From the sequence record PP885688.1: a stretch of DNA of 64,000 nt; one strand, 5' to 3'. How positions within the stretch are numbered: the stretch's first letter is position 1; each line of letters starts with the position of its first letter. The notes below the pieces were generated by a model, which made no database searches, was not told the origin of the DNA, and saw nothing but the letters and a program-made list of their open reading frames with translations. Positions 1 to 9,029 of the stretch are shown here, one piece after another. Made by a program: the position numbers and the translations under genes.

Positions 1-1
1 C

Positions 2-397
2 AATGGCATCCTCGACCCATGACTTATAGACCGGGACCGTGCAGATAGCTGTACGTACCGTGGAGGGAGTTCCATAAAACTTGGGGTTGCTGTCGCAGAA
101 TACTACGACCTCGTGATCCTCCTCCAACTCGCGCATCACCTTGGTCAGCTCAGCACTGTTCCTCACCGATAGGTTGATGGTGGTGATTGGATCCGTACCG
201 TACTCGTCGATGTTCTCCATCCGCATCTTGGAGACGACGTGCTCGCCCTGGGCCATGAGACGTCCGGCTTCCATGATGATCGTCGTTGTGCTTTTGGATG
301 CCCGGCCCATGGTCGGTACCTGCACGCTGAGTGGCAGGATCACGTAGATCCGCTTCTCATCCGGTTTCGTCTTCGCCTTGCTCAACTTCTTTGCCAT
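2..397 (-). CDS. PTH2-like peptidyl-tRNA hydrolase (3' end runs off window)
   Basis: Not in ORF track. ATG at 397 with GGAGAA RBS; reads MAKKLSK..IYVILP..GRLMAQGEHVVSKM..ITTINLSVRNSAEL..VVFCDSNP..RTAICTVP, matching the PTH2 pattern (GK.aAQ..Ha / kivL.v....eL / D.g / T.laigP). Confidence 0.6.
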   Translation of the reverse strand, partial: MAKKLSKAKTKPDEKRIYVILPLSVQVPTMGRASKSTTTIIMEAGRLMAQGEHVVSKMRMENIDEYGTDPITTINLSVRNSAELTKVMRELEEDHEVVVFCDSNPKFYGTPSTVRTAICTVPVYKSWVEDAI

Positions 398-405
398 CAC
401 TTCTC

Positions 406-1410
406 CTATAGACCGCACAGCTCGGCGGCCAGGTCGTACAGCTTGGGTTCGTTGGCCGGGCACAACTCCCGGAGGACGTCGCGCTCGTCGGTCGACTCGA
501 TGCCGGTGACAGCCGTGTCCATCTCTTTGAAGAACTGGATGACCTCATCCGACTGCCGGACCCGCTCGACTTCGTTGTTGGCTGCTGTGAAGGCGATCTC
601 CAACGGTTTGACTGGGACGAGAACTTCCTTGAATCCAATCTTATTAGGCTTGAACGAAATCACCGCTGCAGCCACTGGCCGGTCGACTTCATCCATCGCC
701 AGGGACGCGCGAGAGAGTGAGCCCAGGCGGACATGGGTGCAGTTGCCGACTGTGACTGTCTCGGTGCGTGAGTGATCGTGGCCCCAGAGCGCCATGTCGT
801 AGTCGCAGGCGGCCATCGTATCGAAGCCGATGATCGGCGTACCGAACATGGTGGGGTTCGACTCAGGGCTGCCGTACTGGTGCATAAGCACGATGCGGTA
901 GGTGACTCCCTCTACGCGAGGCGGCGCATTGAGCACGCGATCGAGAGTGACCAAGTCATCGGCGTAGGGGTAGGCGTCGACCTGGACCCGTACGGAGCCG
1001 TCAGCATTCTCGAAGATGATGGACTCGGTGGAGATGTCGGTGTAAGCGCCGGAAGCGATCAGAGCGCCAATAGGCTGGCTCGGGATGCTGTCGGTGCGGT
1101 CCATGTAGATGTCGTGATTCCCGTGTGTCCCGAACTGCGTGCCGAGAGGATTGCGGCGTAGCGCGTATTCGAGAGCGGTGAGCAGAGAGAAGGTGTTGCC
1201 CCTCGCGGATGGGCTCTTCGAATGGAAGACGTCGCCACCGCAGAGGTGTACACCGTTGACCTGATGCGCGAGATCGGCACAGAAGTTGACCTTGGCCATG
1301 ATCTGATCGCGGTAATCACCGGTCCGGCGACCTGGCGGGTTGTCGGTGAGATGCCAATCAGTGGAAAATACAAAATTTACTGACGTGTGATCGAGCCTGA
1401 TGATGCGCAT
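406..1410 (-). CDS. sbcD: SbcD/Mre11-like metallophosphoesterase nuclease (gp47-like)
   Basis: Motifs DWH, GGDVFH, GNHD, WGHDH; start moved to MRIIRL. Confidence 0.85.
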   Translation of the reverse strand: MRIIRLDHTSVNFVFSTDWHLTDNPPGRRTGDYRDQIMAKVNFCADLAHQVNGVHLCGGDVFHSKSPSARGNTFSLLTALEYALRRNPLGTQFGTHGNHDIYMDRTDSIPSQPIGALIASGAYTDISTESIIFENADGSVRVQVDAYPYADDLVTLDRVLNAPPRVEGVTYRIVLMHQYGSPESNPTMFGTPIIGFDTMAACDYDMALWGHDHSRTETVTVGNCTHVRLGSLSRASLAMDEVDRPVAAAVISFKPNKIGFKEVLVPVKPLEIAFTAANNEVERVRQSDEVIQFFKEMDTAVTGIESTDERDVLRELCPANEPKLYDLAAELCGL

Positions 1411-1414
1411 AGAC

Positions 1415-1816
1415 CTACGCTTTCTCCACGTACACCGCACCGGCAGCCTCTGCGACTAAGATATCGCGCAGTAGGTTATCCCAATGAGGAATCATCTCTT
1501 CATTGCAACCAGCAATGCAGCACGGCCCTCCCTCAGCAACCCACGAGGATCCTTCCACGCGGACTGAGCCCGACTGACCCGCACCGCACCATTGGGGCCG
1601 GGGAACTGCCTCGCGTAATAAGTATGACCAGGCAGCGTCGACAGCCTCGATCGGGCTTGGAGCCAGCGGCCCTAAGAACTTACCTTCCATATCCACGGAC
1701 TGAACAAACCACAAGAGATTTTTGTCCCACATCTTGATCACTGCGTTGCCTATGACCAAATTGATCAGCAAGAATTTGTGGCGATAGTCGCGTACTTTTT
1801 TCACATCGTTATTCAT
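1415..1816 (-). CDS. hypothetical protein (133 aa)
   Basis: C-terminal part of track ORF 1415..2392 from ATG MNNDVKK; fills gap between terminator and sbcD. Confidence 0.5.
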   Translation of the reverse strand: MNNDVKKVRDYRHKFLLINLVIGNAVIKMWDKNLLWFVQSVDMEGKFLGPLAPSPIEAVDAAWSYLLREAVPRPQWCGAGQSGSVRVEGSSWVAEGGPCCIAGCNEEMIPHWDNLLRDILVAEAAGAVYVEKA

Positions 1817-1853
1817 ATTGATGACAAACTCCAGATTTATGTCGTTGCGGATG

Positions 1854-1873
1854 AAGCCCCCTTGCGGGGGCTT
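1854..1873 (-). terminator. hairpin after PEP-CTERM gene
   Basis: AAGCCCCC-TTGC-GGGGGCTT directly beyond the stop; no strong U-tract. Confidence 0.55.
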
Positions 1874-1877
1874 GTGG

Positions 1878-2516
1878 TTAGTTGCTGGAGGTGAGGGTCT
1901 TGGCGCGGCGGTACGCCATGCCAGCGGCACCGAAGAGACCGGTTCCGAGCAGGACCAGTGAGCCGGGTTCAGGGGTAGGTGCGACCGGCACGCTCTGGCT
2001 GATGAAGTCCTGAGCCTGACCGTTGGTCGACACGTAGTCGGTGAACTGGCTGTAGAAGGCGTTGTTATACTGCCCGCCGTTTTCCGTTGCAACGAATTCC
2101 GCGCCAGACAGATTCGACAATTCACTGGCGGTGAGACCGTCGCTCTCTGCACCGCTAAGGTCGTTGATAGCCCAGATCTCGAGCTGACCGGCGACGTTGC
2201 TGAGCTTGCCAGAGTTGATCTCGCTGACGATGATCGCCGCAGCCTTCTGGTCGGTGGAGGACTTGGTGCTGAGAACTTCGACGTCGGCATTCCACGTCTG
2301 ACCGAAGGACATGCTTCGGGCAAGGTCGAGGCAGTAGCCGTTGAGGGAGGTGCCGTTTGCGGTGATGCCGTACGGACCGACATCTTCCGCACCGTTCGGG
2401 GTTGTACCGCTGTTGGCGCTGACGAGTGACATGCTGGCGACGGAATCTGCGAAGGCAGACACAGGAATGGCGAGTAGTACGAGAGCTAAGGCTGAGATCT
2501 TCAGAAAAGTCTTCAA
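1878..2516 (-). CDS. PEP-CTERM sorting-domain surface protein
   Basis: Signal peptide (LALVLLAIPVSAFA), Ser/Asn-rich body, C-terminal TPEPGSLVLLGTGLFGAAGMAYRRAK; TTG start with GGAG RBS. Confidence 0.9.
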   Translation of the reverse strand: MKTFLKISALALVLLAIPVSAFADSVASMSLVSANSGTTPNGAEDVGPYGITANGTSLNGYCLDLARSMSFGQTWNADVEVLSTKSSTDQKAAAIIVSEINSGKLSNVAGQLEIWAINDLSGAESDGLTASELSNLSGAEFVATENGGQYNNAFYSQFTDYVSTNGQAQDFISQSVPVAPTPEPGSLVLLGTGLFGAAGMAYRRAKTLTSSN

Positions 2517-2594
2517 GAGATACTCCAAGGGTTACGGGTTAGGGTTGAGGTTGCGAGGTTTTGTACCTCGGGTGCTGTCATTGGCACCTAAATT

Positions 2595-2625
2595 CAACCT
2601 ACAAAGCGGCTCCCGCCAAAGATGA
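2595..2625 (-). promoter_or_regulatory. class A promoter motif
   Basis: TCATCTTT-N12-TTTGTAGGTTG upstream of PEP-CTERM gene; one of 10 copies. Confidence 0.7.
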
Positions 2626-2645
2626 CTTTGGCGGGAATATATTTG

Positions 2646-2939
2646 CTAGGCTGTTGTGGCTTCGTACTCGCGCATCAGCTGCTCACCCTGCGAGATCTGG
2701 GACAACAGAACGTCGAAGTTTGATTCGAGTTCGGACTGGGTCTTCTCACGCAGCTTGGAGAGCTCCTCGACGGTGAGGGTGTCGGCATTCTCGATACCGA
2801 GCGCCTTCAGCTGTTCGATCGCGCTGGTGACGCGGGCCTCTTCGACGCGTGAGTCGCCGACGAGTTTATCGCGCTTCGCACCGAGGTCCTTGACTGACTG
2901 CTGGGCCGTTTTGAGTTCCTTCTGAAAATCACGTTCCAT
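2646..2939 (-). CDS. small coiled-coil protein
   Basis: 97 aa, heptad-rich, GGAGG RBS, directly downstream of sbcC-like gene. Confidence 0.7.
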   Translation of the reverse strand: MERDFQKELKTAQQSVKDLGAKRDKLVGDSRVEEARVTSAIEQLKALGIENADTLTVEELSKLREKTQSELESNFDVLLSQISQGEQLMREYEATTA

Positions 2940-2948
2940 GACTACCTC

Positions 2949-4406
2949 CTAGGCTGCTGACTTCGAAATGGGATCGCCGCACTTACCGCAGAGAGTTACG
3001 TTCGCCTGAGCCTTTTTTTGCTCAGTCTTTCGCTGCTCTGCCTGTATCGTTGCGACTGCTTCTTGTGCGGCTGCGAGCTCCGCTTCGAGATCAGAGAGCC
3101 TGTGCTGCGCCAGCTGTTGAGCCTCGCGGCCCTTCACCAGCGCCTCATAACTTCTAATACCCAAGCGGTGACGCTCTACCTGAATTACGTGTGCATTTAT
3201 TTGCGTAGTGATCGCGTCGATCGCCGCAATGCGTGACTTCGTTGGTGAGTTCGAGGAGACCGTGAGCGCCGCCTCGGCTTCAGTGAGAACCTTGCCCCGT
3301 TTGTGCAGGGCGACGATGGCTGTCCAGTTGCCGACTACCAGCTCGATCGCATCGAGAACCTTGCCGTTGCTTGCGACGCGCGTCGAAGCTTCGACCAGCT
3401 GACCGAGATAGGCCGCCTGCCGGTACCGTCGTACCGCCGGAGCCGCATCGGGGACAGTGAGGACCTTCAGGAGGTCGGTCGTACGCTGATGGCGACCCTT
3501 GGCGTGCGCGGCCTGAGAGTAGGCGGCAGCCAGGGCGAAGTCATGGGCAACAGGCTCCGCATCCGGGACTACCAGATTCAGGACAACCTTGCTGATGCGG
3601 GCGTGACGTTCGAGAGCGGCGACGGCGGTCGCATAATTGGCGACCAGCTGAATGGCGACGGCGATCGGCTTGGTCTCAGGGATCACGAGCTGCTTGATGG
3701 TGGACTGAATCTGAGCGAGCCTGCGCCTATGCGCGATCAGGACATCGATCGTCGCGAGGATCTTCTCCTGCGTGCGTACCTGGGGCTCCAGACGATCGAT
3801 GACGGCCTGGACGGCTTCCGCACGATCGGCGAGAGCATCCAGCTTGGAGACGCGCTCCTCGGTTCCACGGGTCTCTTTGGCAAGCATCGTGGCCTGGGTG
3901 TTCTTCTCTCCGATGCGCTTGTTGCCAGCCTTCTTCCCAGCTTCAAGGCGCTCAGTGGACGAGAACGCTCCAAGGATAGAGTTCAGTGGGCCGGGCTTCT
4001 CTTCGATGATGAATTGGCCACCGAACTGGGTAGCGAAGATGGGATCGAGGGTGACGTCACCGATCTGGATGTCGCCCATGTTGAGGTCGAGTACCTCTTT
4101 CGGGATCGAGCCGCCCAGCTTGGCATAGGGTTCGCCCTTATCGACGACGTAGACGATGGATCCCTTGGGACCTTTCTTACGGGTAGCCTCGATAACATGA
4201 CCGTCGATCTCCAGAGTTACCTCCATGAGATCGCTGCCGACACGGACCTGACCGGCGTTGAGCTGGTTGCGCACGATACCCATAAAAGAGCGGAACAGGG
4301 CACTCTTGCCGAGGTTGCTCTCACCTACGACGACCGTGAGGTCCTCGATCGGCAGTTCGAATTCTTCCCAAGACTGAAAGTTCTTGGCGCTGAGTTTTAT
4401 AGCCAC
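2949..4406 (-). CDS. SbcC/Rad50-like protein, N-terminal ATPase half + coiled coil + zinc hook
   Basis: LSAKNFQSW, Walker A GESNLGKS, long coiled coil, terminal CGKCG; no signature/Walker B half. Confidence 0.8.
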   Translation of the reverse strand: MAIKLSAKNFQSWEEFELPIEDLTVVVGESNLGKSALFRSFMGIVRNQLNAGQVRVGSDLMEVTLEIDGHVIEATRKKGPKGSIVYVVDKGEPYAKLGGSIPKEVLDLNMGDIQIGDVTLDPIFATQFGGQFIIEEKPGPLNSILGAFSSTERLEAGKKAGNKRIGEKNTQATMLAKETRGTEERVSKLDALADRAEAVQAVIDRLEPQVRTQEKILATIDVLIAHRRRLAQIQSTIKQLVIPETKPIAVAIQLVANYATAVAALERHARISKVVLNLVVPDAEPVAHDFALAAAYSQAAHAKGRHQRTTDLLKVLTVPDAAPAVRRYRQAAYLGQLVEASTRVASNGKVLDAIELVVGNWTAIVALHKRGKVLTEAEAALTVSSNSPTKSRIAAIDAITTQINAHVIQVERHRLGIRSYEALVKGREAQQLAQHRLSDLEAELAAAQEAVATIQAEQRKTEQKKAQANVTLCGKCGDPISKSAA

Positions 4407-4416
4407 TTCTTACTCC

Positions 4417-4581
4417 TCAATGGGTCCGAGCCTCAGCCTGGAGCCGTTCATACTTCTCGATTCGTGACGCGTGGTTGTACTTCACTGCTCCCTGGATTCG
4501 TGTGGCGGCGCGGTGGTCAATGACCATGCACGGATAGCCTGCCTTCGCATCACACGAAGGGCAGCTGACGGTCCGCTGCAT
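4417..4581 (-). CDS. small putative Zn-binding protein
   Basis: MQRTVSCPSCDAKAGYPC..H..R, C-terminal part of track ORF 4417..4860. Confidence 0.5.
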   Translation of the reverse strand: MQRTVSCPSCDAKAGYPCMVIDHRAATRIQGAVKYNHASRIEKYERLQAEARTH

Positions 4582-4622
4582 CACGAGTTCCAACAACTTT
4601 CTACGGTCCTTCACTCTGCTCC

Positions 4623-4847
4623 CTAGCTGAAAAGCTGGCTGGTGATCTTGAAATTCTTCCCGGCATCCGTGGCCGTCCAGGTGTAGTAGGTGTAGCCAGG
4701 AGCTGAGTTGTGGTGCTGGATAACAAGGCCTTTCTTGACTAGAGCCCGCAGGACCGAACCGTCGCAGTTGGTGCTGGCGACTTTGAGAAGCTGGATGCGT
4801 TCGAGTACTCCCATTTGGCGTTCGGTCAGTGTGATCTGCTTGTCCAT
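4623..4847 (-). CDS. hypothetical protein, possible winged-helix fold
   Basis: 74 aa, GAGGG RBS, class A motif upstream; VLRALVKKGLV pattern. Confidence 0.6.
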   Translation of the reverse strand: MDKQITLTERQMGVLERIQLLKVASTNCDGSVLRALVKKGLVIQHHNSAPGYTYYTWTATDAGKNFKITSQLFS

Positions 4848-4861
4848 GTATCCCTCTCACT

Positions 4862-4892
4862 CAACCTACAAACCAGCTCGGGCCAAAGATGA
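4862..4892 (-). promoter_or_regulatory. class A promoter motif
   Basis: TCATCTTT-N12-TTTGTAGGTTG. Confidence 0.7.
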
Positions 4893-4901
4893 AAATGGTC
4901 T

Positions 4902-4936
4902 AAAGAAAAAATCGGGCGAGGCCGGAGCCCCGCCCG
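4902..4936 (-). terminator. intrinsic terminator after recA-like gene
   Basis: GC stem CGGGCGAGGC/GCCCCGCCCG followed on minus strand by a T tract. Confidence 0.65.
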
Positions 4937-5026
4937 GGAGTGATACAGACCGTGGCGTCGTCAGTGATCGGTGTCGGCCTCTCGGAGAACTAGCCGTCCT
5001 GCTGACCGTTTGCCACGGCCTAGGTG

Positions 5027-6322
5027 TTACAGCTCGTCGTCCGACTCCGCGATGAGGCTGGCCGGAATGTTGTTGTCGTTGTCCGCTGCGTAGTCCGACT
5101 CGCCAGCGAGGTAGCGCATTGCGTCCTCGTCGACCGCCAGCGCACCGATGGTGTTGTCGGCGTACATCCGGGCGATGATGGCCTCTTTGAGCTGACCGAG
5201 GACCTCTTCGTTCGGATTGTTGACGAGATCTTCGATCGCGGCAGCCTTGCTGTCGTAGACCTTGATCGCGTCTTCGATGCCGTTGCCGACGAAGTAGCGA
5301 GGACCGTGGTTGGCGATCATCTTCAGGTCGCGGCCCCACTGACGGATCGATACGTTCTCGTCGGTACCCAGACCCGGACGGATCCAGATGCGGCCTTCGC
5401 GGTAGCCGGTGCCGGACACCTTGTTCTTGAGGGTACGCACGCGTACCTCATTGGCCAGGTACTCTTCACCACGCTGCGCCTCAGCTTCGAGGATGAACGG
5501 ATCTTCCAGCTTGCCTGGACGCCACGCCTTGACCGTCTTCAGTTCGATCATGCCCGAGATGGCGTAGCGGTTTGCACGGCCACCGGGGAGCGAGTAGTCG
5601 AGATTGGTCACCGTAGCGTAGCCGGAGGCGGCGCTCTTGGCTTCCTGGGTCATCTCGATACGCGAGCGAGTCTGGTTGATCATCAGCAGGGTGCCATCGA
5701 CTGCCGCGATGTGCGGAAGCATGATGTCGTAGAACTGCTGAATCGCACGGGCGTGGGTGCCGGGCTGAACCTTGAACGCGTTACCGTTCTTGATCTCGCC
5801 GACTTCCACCTTGGAACGCATACGTGGGATCGAATCGAAGGTGAACAGACGGACACCCTGACCCATGAGGTCGATGGCGTTCTTGACTGCATCCTCGATC
5901 GAGTCTGGGCGCTTGACGAAGGCCATGGACTCATCGATACCCATCGCACGGAGGTACCAGGACTTCGTGGTGCGCTCGAAGTCGAAGATCGCAACCGGCT
6001 CCTGCGTGATCTTCTGGTACTCACGATTGACTGCGTACGCTAGGGTCGATTTGCCCGCGCCTTCGTCACCGTGGAATTGATAGACCGTACCGTTGCGGGC
6101 CATGCCGTAGAGGCGGAGACCGTGATCGAGCGTGAGGGAGTTGAACGGAACCAGCTCTTCGGTCTCGTTCTCCTTGACCACACGCCAGTCCTTGCTCAGC
6201 TCGGTCCTCTTCTTCGTGAAAAGTTCGCGCCGCTGTAGAACCGTGAGCTCGCGTGGGTCGATACCCAGCTCGTTGACGGTCTGAAGCTTACTGCTCTTTG
6301 CCTTTGCTGCTTTAGGAGCCAT
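5027..6322 (-). CDS. recA: RecA/UvsX-like recombinase
   Basis: Walker A GDEGAGKST, AIFDFER, FTFDSIP, MINQTRSRI, PGGRANRY, RVRTLKNKV; start moved to MAPKAAK. Confidence 0.9.
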   Translation of the reverse strand: MAPKAAKAKSSKLQTVNELGIDPRELTVLQRRELFTKKRTELSKDWRVVKENETEELVPFNSLTLDHGLRLYGMARNGTVYQFHGDEGAGKSTLAYAVNREYQKITQEPVAIFDFERTTKSWYLRAMGIDESMAFVKRPDSIEDAVKNAIDLMGQGVRLFTFDSIPRMRSKVEVGEIKNGNAFKVQPGTHARAIQQFYDIMLPHIAAVDGTLLMINQTRSRIEMTQEAKSAASGYATVTNLDYSLPGGRANRYAISGMIELKTVKAWRPGKLEDPFILEAEAQRGEEYLANEVRVRTLKNKVSGTGYREGRIWIRPGLGTDENVSIRQWGRDLKMIANHGPRYFVGNGIEDAIKVYDSKAAAIEDLVNNPNEEVLGQLKEAIIARMYADNTIGALAVDEDAMRYLAGESDYAADNDNNIPASLIAESDDEL

Positions 6323-6335
6323 AAAACCCTCTTTT

Positions 6336-7241
6336 TCAAATGGAGAAACTGATACGGTCGAGTCGCGCTTTTTTGGTCTTCGCGTCTCGGAGCAACACGT
6401 CGTAGTTGCGGCGTTCGTAGCGCACCCAGTACTCGCGGCGGTGAAGGATGCCCTTGATGCGGGTGCGGGCATTACGGCCTTTACCCACGACCTCTTCGGT
6501 CGCGTTACACATCGCGGTCAGGAACCGCAGAGGGACGCTCTCAGGACTACCGAGCAGGATGGCTGCGCTGTAGCGGGCCATCATGGCCATCAGCACGGCA
6601 TCGCAGGCGTCGGTGTCGAGGTTGGGATACTTACCCTGGTCGAGATAGCTGTAAGCCTTCGCGACGTTCTCAACCTTGTTGCTCGCGCCTTGCTTCGTCA
6701 GGCCCATGAGGGAGCGCAGAGTCGAAGCATTCGTCATCTGCACCTGGACGCGGTCGATTCCAAATCTCTTGAAGTCCATGTCCAGCAACACGAGGTGCAG
6801 GATTCGGCTGATCGAGATCAAAAAATCGTTTTGCGGCGTAGGTGCTTCGAGCGAGATGATGAGTCCCGTCTTGGCGACGACGTTACGAACAACGAAACTG
6901 TTGAGTAGTTCCTCAAGGTGCTTGCGCAGGGTGAGCGCGATCGACTTCGACCGCACCCACACCGGCACGCTTGCGTCCTCAGGCTTCAGGGAGCCAACGT
7001 CAAGCCATCTGGCTTGTGTGCCCGATTCGAAAGGGATCCTTCCGACGTGCATGAAGGCATAACCTGTGCGTGACAGAGAGGGATCGAGGCCCATGATGAT
7101 CCATTGGTCGATACCTTCCGCAACAGGAGGAACGCGCAGCTCAGGGGCCGCCTGTTCCTTCTTCACGCGAGGTGTCCTGGGAGTCTTTGCGACCTTCGTC
7201 GTCTCTGCTCCCACGATGCTGCTCTTCACTGCTTTGGCCAC
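6336..7241 (-). CDS. RuvC-like Holliday junction resolvase
   Basis: IIMGLDPSLSRTGYA, SLEAP, DACDA acidic motifs. Confidence 0.75.
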   Translation of the reverse strand: MAKAVKSSIVGAETTKVAKTPRTPRVKKEQAAPELRVPPVAEGIDQWIIMGLDPSLSRTGYAFMHVGRIPFESGTQARWLDVGSLKPEDASVPVWVRSKSIALTLRKHLEELLNSFVVRNVVAKTGLIISLEAPTPQNDFLISISRILHLVLLDMDFKRFGIDRVQVQMTNASTLRSLMGLTKQGASNKVENVAKAYSYLDQGKYPNLDTDACDAVLMAMMARYSAAILLGSPESVPLRFLTAMCNATEEVVGKGRNARTRIKGILHRREYWVRYERRNYDVLLRDAKTKKARLDRISFSI

Positions 7242-7257
7242 GTAAAACTCCCATCAG

Positions 7258-7291
7258 CTAATACCGCTCGAAGCGGTCAGTCCCGGATTAC
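7258..7291 (-). promoter_or_regulatory. class B promoter motif
   Basis: GTAATC-N20-GGTATTAG upstream of ruvC/recA operon. Confidence 0.7.
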
Positions 7292-7297
7292 TGGGTG

Positions 7298-7333
7298 AAA
7301 AAAAAGCCGGAGCCACAGAGAGGCAGCTCCGGC
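7298..7333 (-). terminator. intrinsic terminator after SSB-like gene
   Basis: GCCGGAGC/GCTCCGGC stem plus T8 on minus strand. Confidence 0.75.
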
Positions 7334-7341
7334 GTGAAGGC

Positions 7342-8121
7342 CTACAGGTCGTCCGTGTTGTCGATCTGCTTGTTACCCGTGCCCGCACCAGCAGCTGCAG
7401 AGCTGCCGCTGAGGAGTGCCTTCATGTCGAGCTCGGTGATCTTCTTACCGAGCTGCTTGACGAGGAACGCACCATCCTTGAACTTGTTTGCCTCTTCGAT
7501 AACTTCGGCGAGGAGTTCAGGATTGCCACGGAAGCGAGCGCCCTGGGACACGCGCACGTAGTTGAAGCCGATACCGTTGTCGCGGTACTTGATCGCGAAG
7601 TCGAAGCTGTGAGCCTCTTCGCCTTCCATCACCAAGTCAGAGATGCCCTTGAATCCGGACTGCGAAAGCTTGACCCAGCCGAGTTCCCACATAACCGGCG
7701 GGAAGTTTCCACTCGCGTCTTTCTTGTACTTGCCGCTCGCGGGATCAGCGTTCTTGTACTTGAGTGCAAGGACGGCGAAGTTGAGCTGAGCACGCTGGTT
7801 GTCGTCGCCATTGAGCTTCTGGCAGCAGAGTCCCTGCGTGATGATGTTGTGCTTCTTGTCGCGGACAGACTGGCAGCGGTAACCGTACTTCTTGTCACCG
7901 ACCTGGATGAAGTGCATCCACGCCATACGAGGCTTGACGATATCCGTCAGAGCTGCGCAGCGAATGTAGCTGGTCTTATCAGCGGGCATGATCTTCTGCA
8001 GACCAGCTCGCGAAAGAGCATCTTCGTCGCCGAAGTCAACAGCGCAATCGTCTGTATCGAGGTCTGAGTTAGAGGTGGAGGCGAGGGTGGACTTTACTTT
8101 TACGTCTTCGTCATCAAACAT
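7342..8121 (-). CDS. putative single-stranded DNA-binding protein (gp32-like)
   Basis: Aromatic-rich beta-type body, Cys/His cluster, acidic tail DNTDDL, next to recA/ruvC; inference. Confidence 0.55.
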   Translation of the reverse strand: MFDDEDVKVKSTLASTSNSDLDTDDCAVDFGDEDALSRAGLQKIMPADKTSYIRCAALTDIVKPRMAWMHFIQVGDKKYGYRCQSVRDKKHNIITQGLCCQKLNGDDNQRAQLNFAVLALKYKNADPASGKYKKDASGNFPPVMWELGWVKLSQSGFKGISDLVMEGEEAHSFDFAIKYRDNGIGFNYVRVSQGARFRGNPELLAEVIEEANKFKDGAFLVKQLGKKITELDMKALLSGSSAAAGAGTGNKQIDNTDDL

Positions 8122-8178
8122 GCGTAAGGCTCCGGATAGTCGGTGTTTCTGTGGCCAGATCAATCGCGGTCACATTTG

Positions 8179-8212
8179 CTAATACCCATCCGGAGGGGCC
8201 TACCTGGATTAC
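8179..8212 (-). promoter_or_regulatory. class B promoter motif
   Basis: GTAATC-N20-GGTATTAG. Confidence 0.7.
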
Positions 8213-8225
8213 TGAGTTGAAAAAA

Positions 8226-9005
8226 TTACGACCATATGCTTGCGATCTGCATGGCGCAGATGTAGGGCTGCATACGGTTCTGCTTCCATCGCGAAAGCAG
8301 TGCAATCGACTGTGCGACGCGCGTGAGATCTAGCGTGAGGTTCTTGAAGTGCTGTTGTTGCGAAGGTTTTATTCCGAGCTTGCTTGCAGCGTCTTCACTC
8401 AATGCGACCGTCGTCGCATAGCCGATCAACTTCTTATGCAGCGAGTGCAGGCGCACGTTGGGATTGATGTCGTTGTTCAGCCAGCCCAGCGGAGACTCCC
8501 ACGGATCTTGCCATAGAGGCCTCGGCTCCAGGTCGGCGCTGAGCATCCACACGGCCTGCCAGATCAGCTCACGAATGTCATCGCAGCGTCCCTTGGTCAA
8601 CGTGTCGCCGACGCGGTCGGTCACATCACGCTTGAGTGTCTTCTCTCTCCCGAGTATCGCGGCGGCGTGCTTCACGATGGTGTTGATTGCAGCAGAGCCT
8701 TTGACGATCGGTTCTGCAGACCACATACCGGTGCGACCACGCAGCTCAGGCGAGAGATCGATCTTGTACTTGGCGCTGACGTGGAAGAGAAGGCCTTCGT
8801 ATCCTGCGAGCATGTCATCGGTCACACGCTCGACAACGCGAGGCTTGGCACCGATCTGCTGCGCGAGGAAGCGGACCTGGGCGGCGTCATCCCCGACCAC
8901 AATGTGGTTCTTGGGGAGAGCCTTCTTGATCAGAAGGTGGGGAACCGGAGGGAGCTCTGAGGAGACAGTAACTCCCTCCCGGCGGGGTTGCATGGAATCA
9001 GCCAT
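8226..9005 (-). CDS. hypothetical protein (possibly degenerate clamp-loader/Pol III delta-like)
   Basis: 259 aa; class B core ends 5 nt before ATG; function only a weak impression. Confidence 0.55.
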   Translation of the reverse strand: MADSMQPRREGVTVSSELPPVPHLLIKKALPKNHIVVGDDAAQVRFLAQQIGAKPRVVERVTDDMLAGYEGLLFHVSAKYKIDLSPELRGRTGMWSAEPIVKGSAAINTIVKHAAAILGREKTLKRDVTDRVGDTLTKGRCDDIRELIWQAVWMLSADLEPRPLWQDPWESPLGWLNNDINPNVRLHSLHKKLIGYATTVALSEDAASKLGIKPSQQQHFKNLTLDLTRVAQSIALLSRWKQNRMQPYICAMQIASIWS

Positions 9006-9029
9006 GAAGGCTAATACCCATGGAGAGGC

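Noticed and set aside
3303-6043. Long plus-strand ORFs 3303..4523 and 5024..6043
   Set aside because: Antisense shadows of sbcC-like and recA genes, typical of GC-rich codon bias
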